DNA of 64,000 bases, from contig CAYNYF010000010.1 in assembly GCA_964401385.1 (NCBI GenBank), forward strand, positions 1,112 through 65,111, given 5' to 3'. The notes under the pieces are model-generated. The model had not been told where the DNA came from and ran no database searches. It saw only the letters and a program-made list of their open reading frames with translations. This document shows positions 62,975 through 64,000 of the stretch, piece by piece. Source of the DNA: an uncultured Planctomycetaceae bacterium (GTDB taxonomy: Bacteria > Planctomycetota > Phycisphaerae > SM23-33). The translations under genes were made by a program, and so were the position numbers. How positions within the stretch are numbered: the first letter of the stretch is position 1; every line of letters starts with the position of its first letter.

Positions 62975-64000
62975 CTACGCATCGCCGCTTGCCCGCTGCG
63001 GGGCGATCGCCTTGGCGGCGATGTCGCGGCGGAAGTAGCAGTCCTTCCAGTGGATCTTCTCGACCGCCTCGTAGGCGCGTTTCTGGGCGGCGGCGACGGT
63101 GTCTCCCAGGGCGGTGACGTTCAGCACCCGCCCGCCGTTATTGACGAGCCTGCCGTCCTTTATGGCCGTTCCCGCATGGAAGACCTTGACGTCGCCCAGG
63201 GCCTCGGCCTGCTCGATGCCGGTGATCTCAAACCCCTTTTCGTAGCTGTCGGGGTAGCCGCCGGAGGCCATCACCACGCACACCGCCGGCCGGGGGTCCC
63301 ACGCCAGCGTCGCCTCGTCCAGCCTGTGCCGGCACGCGCTGGCCATGGCCTCGAGAAGGCCGCTCTTCAGCCGCATCATCAGCGGCTGCACTTCGGGGTC
63401 GCCGAAACGGCAGTTGAACTCCAGCACCTTCGGCCCGCCCGGGGTGATCATCAGCCCGGCGTACAGGCAGCCCTCGTACCGCCCGAAGCCGCGGAACATG
63501 GCGTCCACGGCGGGCACGAGGATCTCGCGCTCCACGCGGGTCAGCATCGCCTCGTCCACCACCGGCGTGGGGCTGTAGGCGCCCATGCCGCCGGTGTTGG
63601 GCCCGGTGTCGCCGTCGCCGATGGGCTTGTGGTCCTGGCTGGCCTCGAGCATGTAGATGTTCCGCCCGTCGCACAACGCCAGGATCGACGCCTCCTGCCC
63701 GGTGAGCATCTCCTCGATCACGACCTTCTCGCCGGCCCGGCCGAAGGCCCGCTTGAGCAGGATCTGCTCCAGCGGCTTGATTGCCTGGTACGGCTCGGGG
63801 CAGACGAACACGCCCTTGCCCTTGGCCAGGCCGGCCGCCTTGACCACCACGCCCTGGTCGCGGCTGAGCACGTAGTCGCGGGCGGGCTTCAGGTCGGTGA
63901 AGATCCTCCCCTCGGCCGTGGGGATGGCGGCCCCGCGCATCAGCTCCTTGGCGAAGGCCTTGTCGGCCTCGATGCGGGCGCCGTCGGCCGACGGTCCGAA
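62975..64000 (-). CDS. purD: phosphoribosylamine--glycine ligase (5' end beyond the window)
   Basis: The minus-strand frame is open to the window edge: FGPSADGARIEADKAFAKELMRGAAIPTAE...VVKAAGLAKGKGV...DHKPIGDGDTGPNTGGMGAYSP...GGRVLNVTALG. Collinear with PurD. The Met at 63940 is internal. Confidence 0.93.
   Translation of the reverse strand, partial: FGPSADGARIEADKAFAKELMRGAAIPTAEGRIFTDLKPARDYVLSRDQGVVVKAAGLAKGKGVFVCPEPYQAIKPLEQILLKRAFGRAGEKVVIEEMLTGQEASILALCDGRNIYMLEASQDHKPIGDGDTGPNTGGMGAYSPTPVVDEAMLTRVEREILVPAVDAMFRGFGRYEGCLYAGLMITPGGPKVLEFNCRFGDPEVQPLMMRLKSGLLEAMASACRHRLDEATLAWDPRPAVCVVMASGGYPDSYEKGFEITGIEQAEALGDVKVFHAGTAIKDGRLVNNGGRVLNVTALGDTVAAAQKRAYEAVEKIHWKDCYFRRDIAAKAIAPQRASGDA

Overview
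High-GC bacterial chromosomal window. PEP-CTERM tails, an LEPRLLLSA-type N-terminus, many TPR proteins and many exported cysteine-peptidase-fold proteins suggest a Planctomycetota/PVC-like organism (inference only). Clear housekeeping genes are pheS, pruA, a transsulfuration PLP enzyme, glmS, purD (partial), tRNA-Lys(CTT) and tRNA-Arg(CCT). They are interleaved with lineage-specific envelope genes. I found no CRISPR array, integrase, transposase or prophage. Candidates for something undescribed, in my order of interest: (1) Three full-length paralogs of an unnamed ~643-668 aa transglutaminase-core + Asp-box protein (7872-9803, 34302-36308, 50292-52292). One is leaderless, and two sit in same-strand runs with sugar-activating or glycan enzymes. 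(2) A pilM-like / ParA-like / PilN-motif membrane protein module, with a PilZ gene and a YacP-like gene divergent from it (57672-62890). The ParA-like protein has a long acidic Pro-rich repeat tail. (3) A four-gene minus-strand cluster (13361-21390): a ~1000 aa GATase1-like/HEAT/2xGNAT/SCP2 fusion, a C25 peptidase, a lipoprotein, and a TPR lipoprotein with eight CxxCxGxG motifs. (4) An orphan glycyl-radical enzyme and its activase, with a non-canonical glycine motif. The activase 3' end plus its downstream sequence is duplicated 4.4 kb away, next to a PEP-CTERM gene remnant. Other sequence-level oddities: an in-frame 98-bp duplication that grafts a methyltransferase segment onto an ATP-grasp gene, a 50-bp intergenic repeat present twice, a 72-bp x3 coding tandem repeat, and a 1.4-kb poorly coding gap. 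All family calls come from motif recognition by eye. No searches were run.
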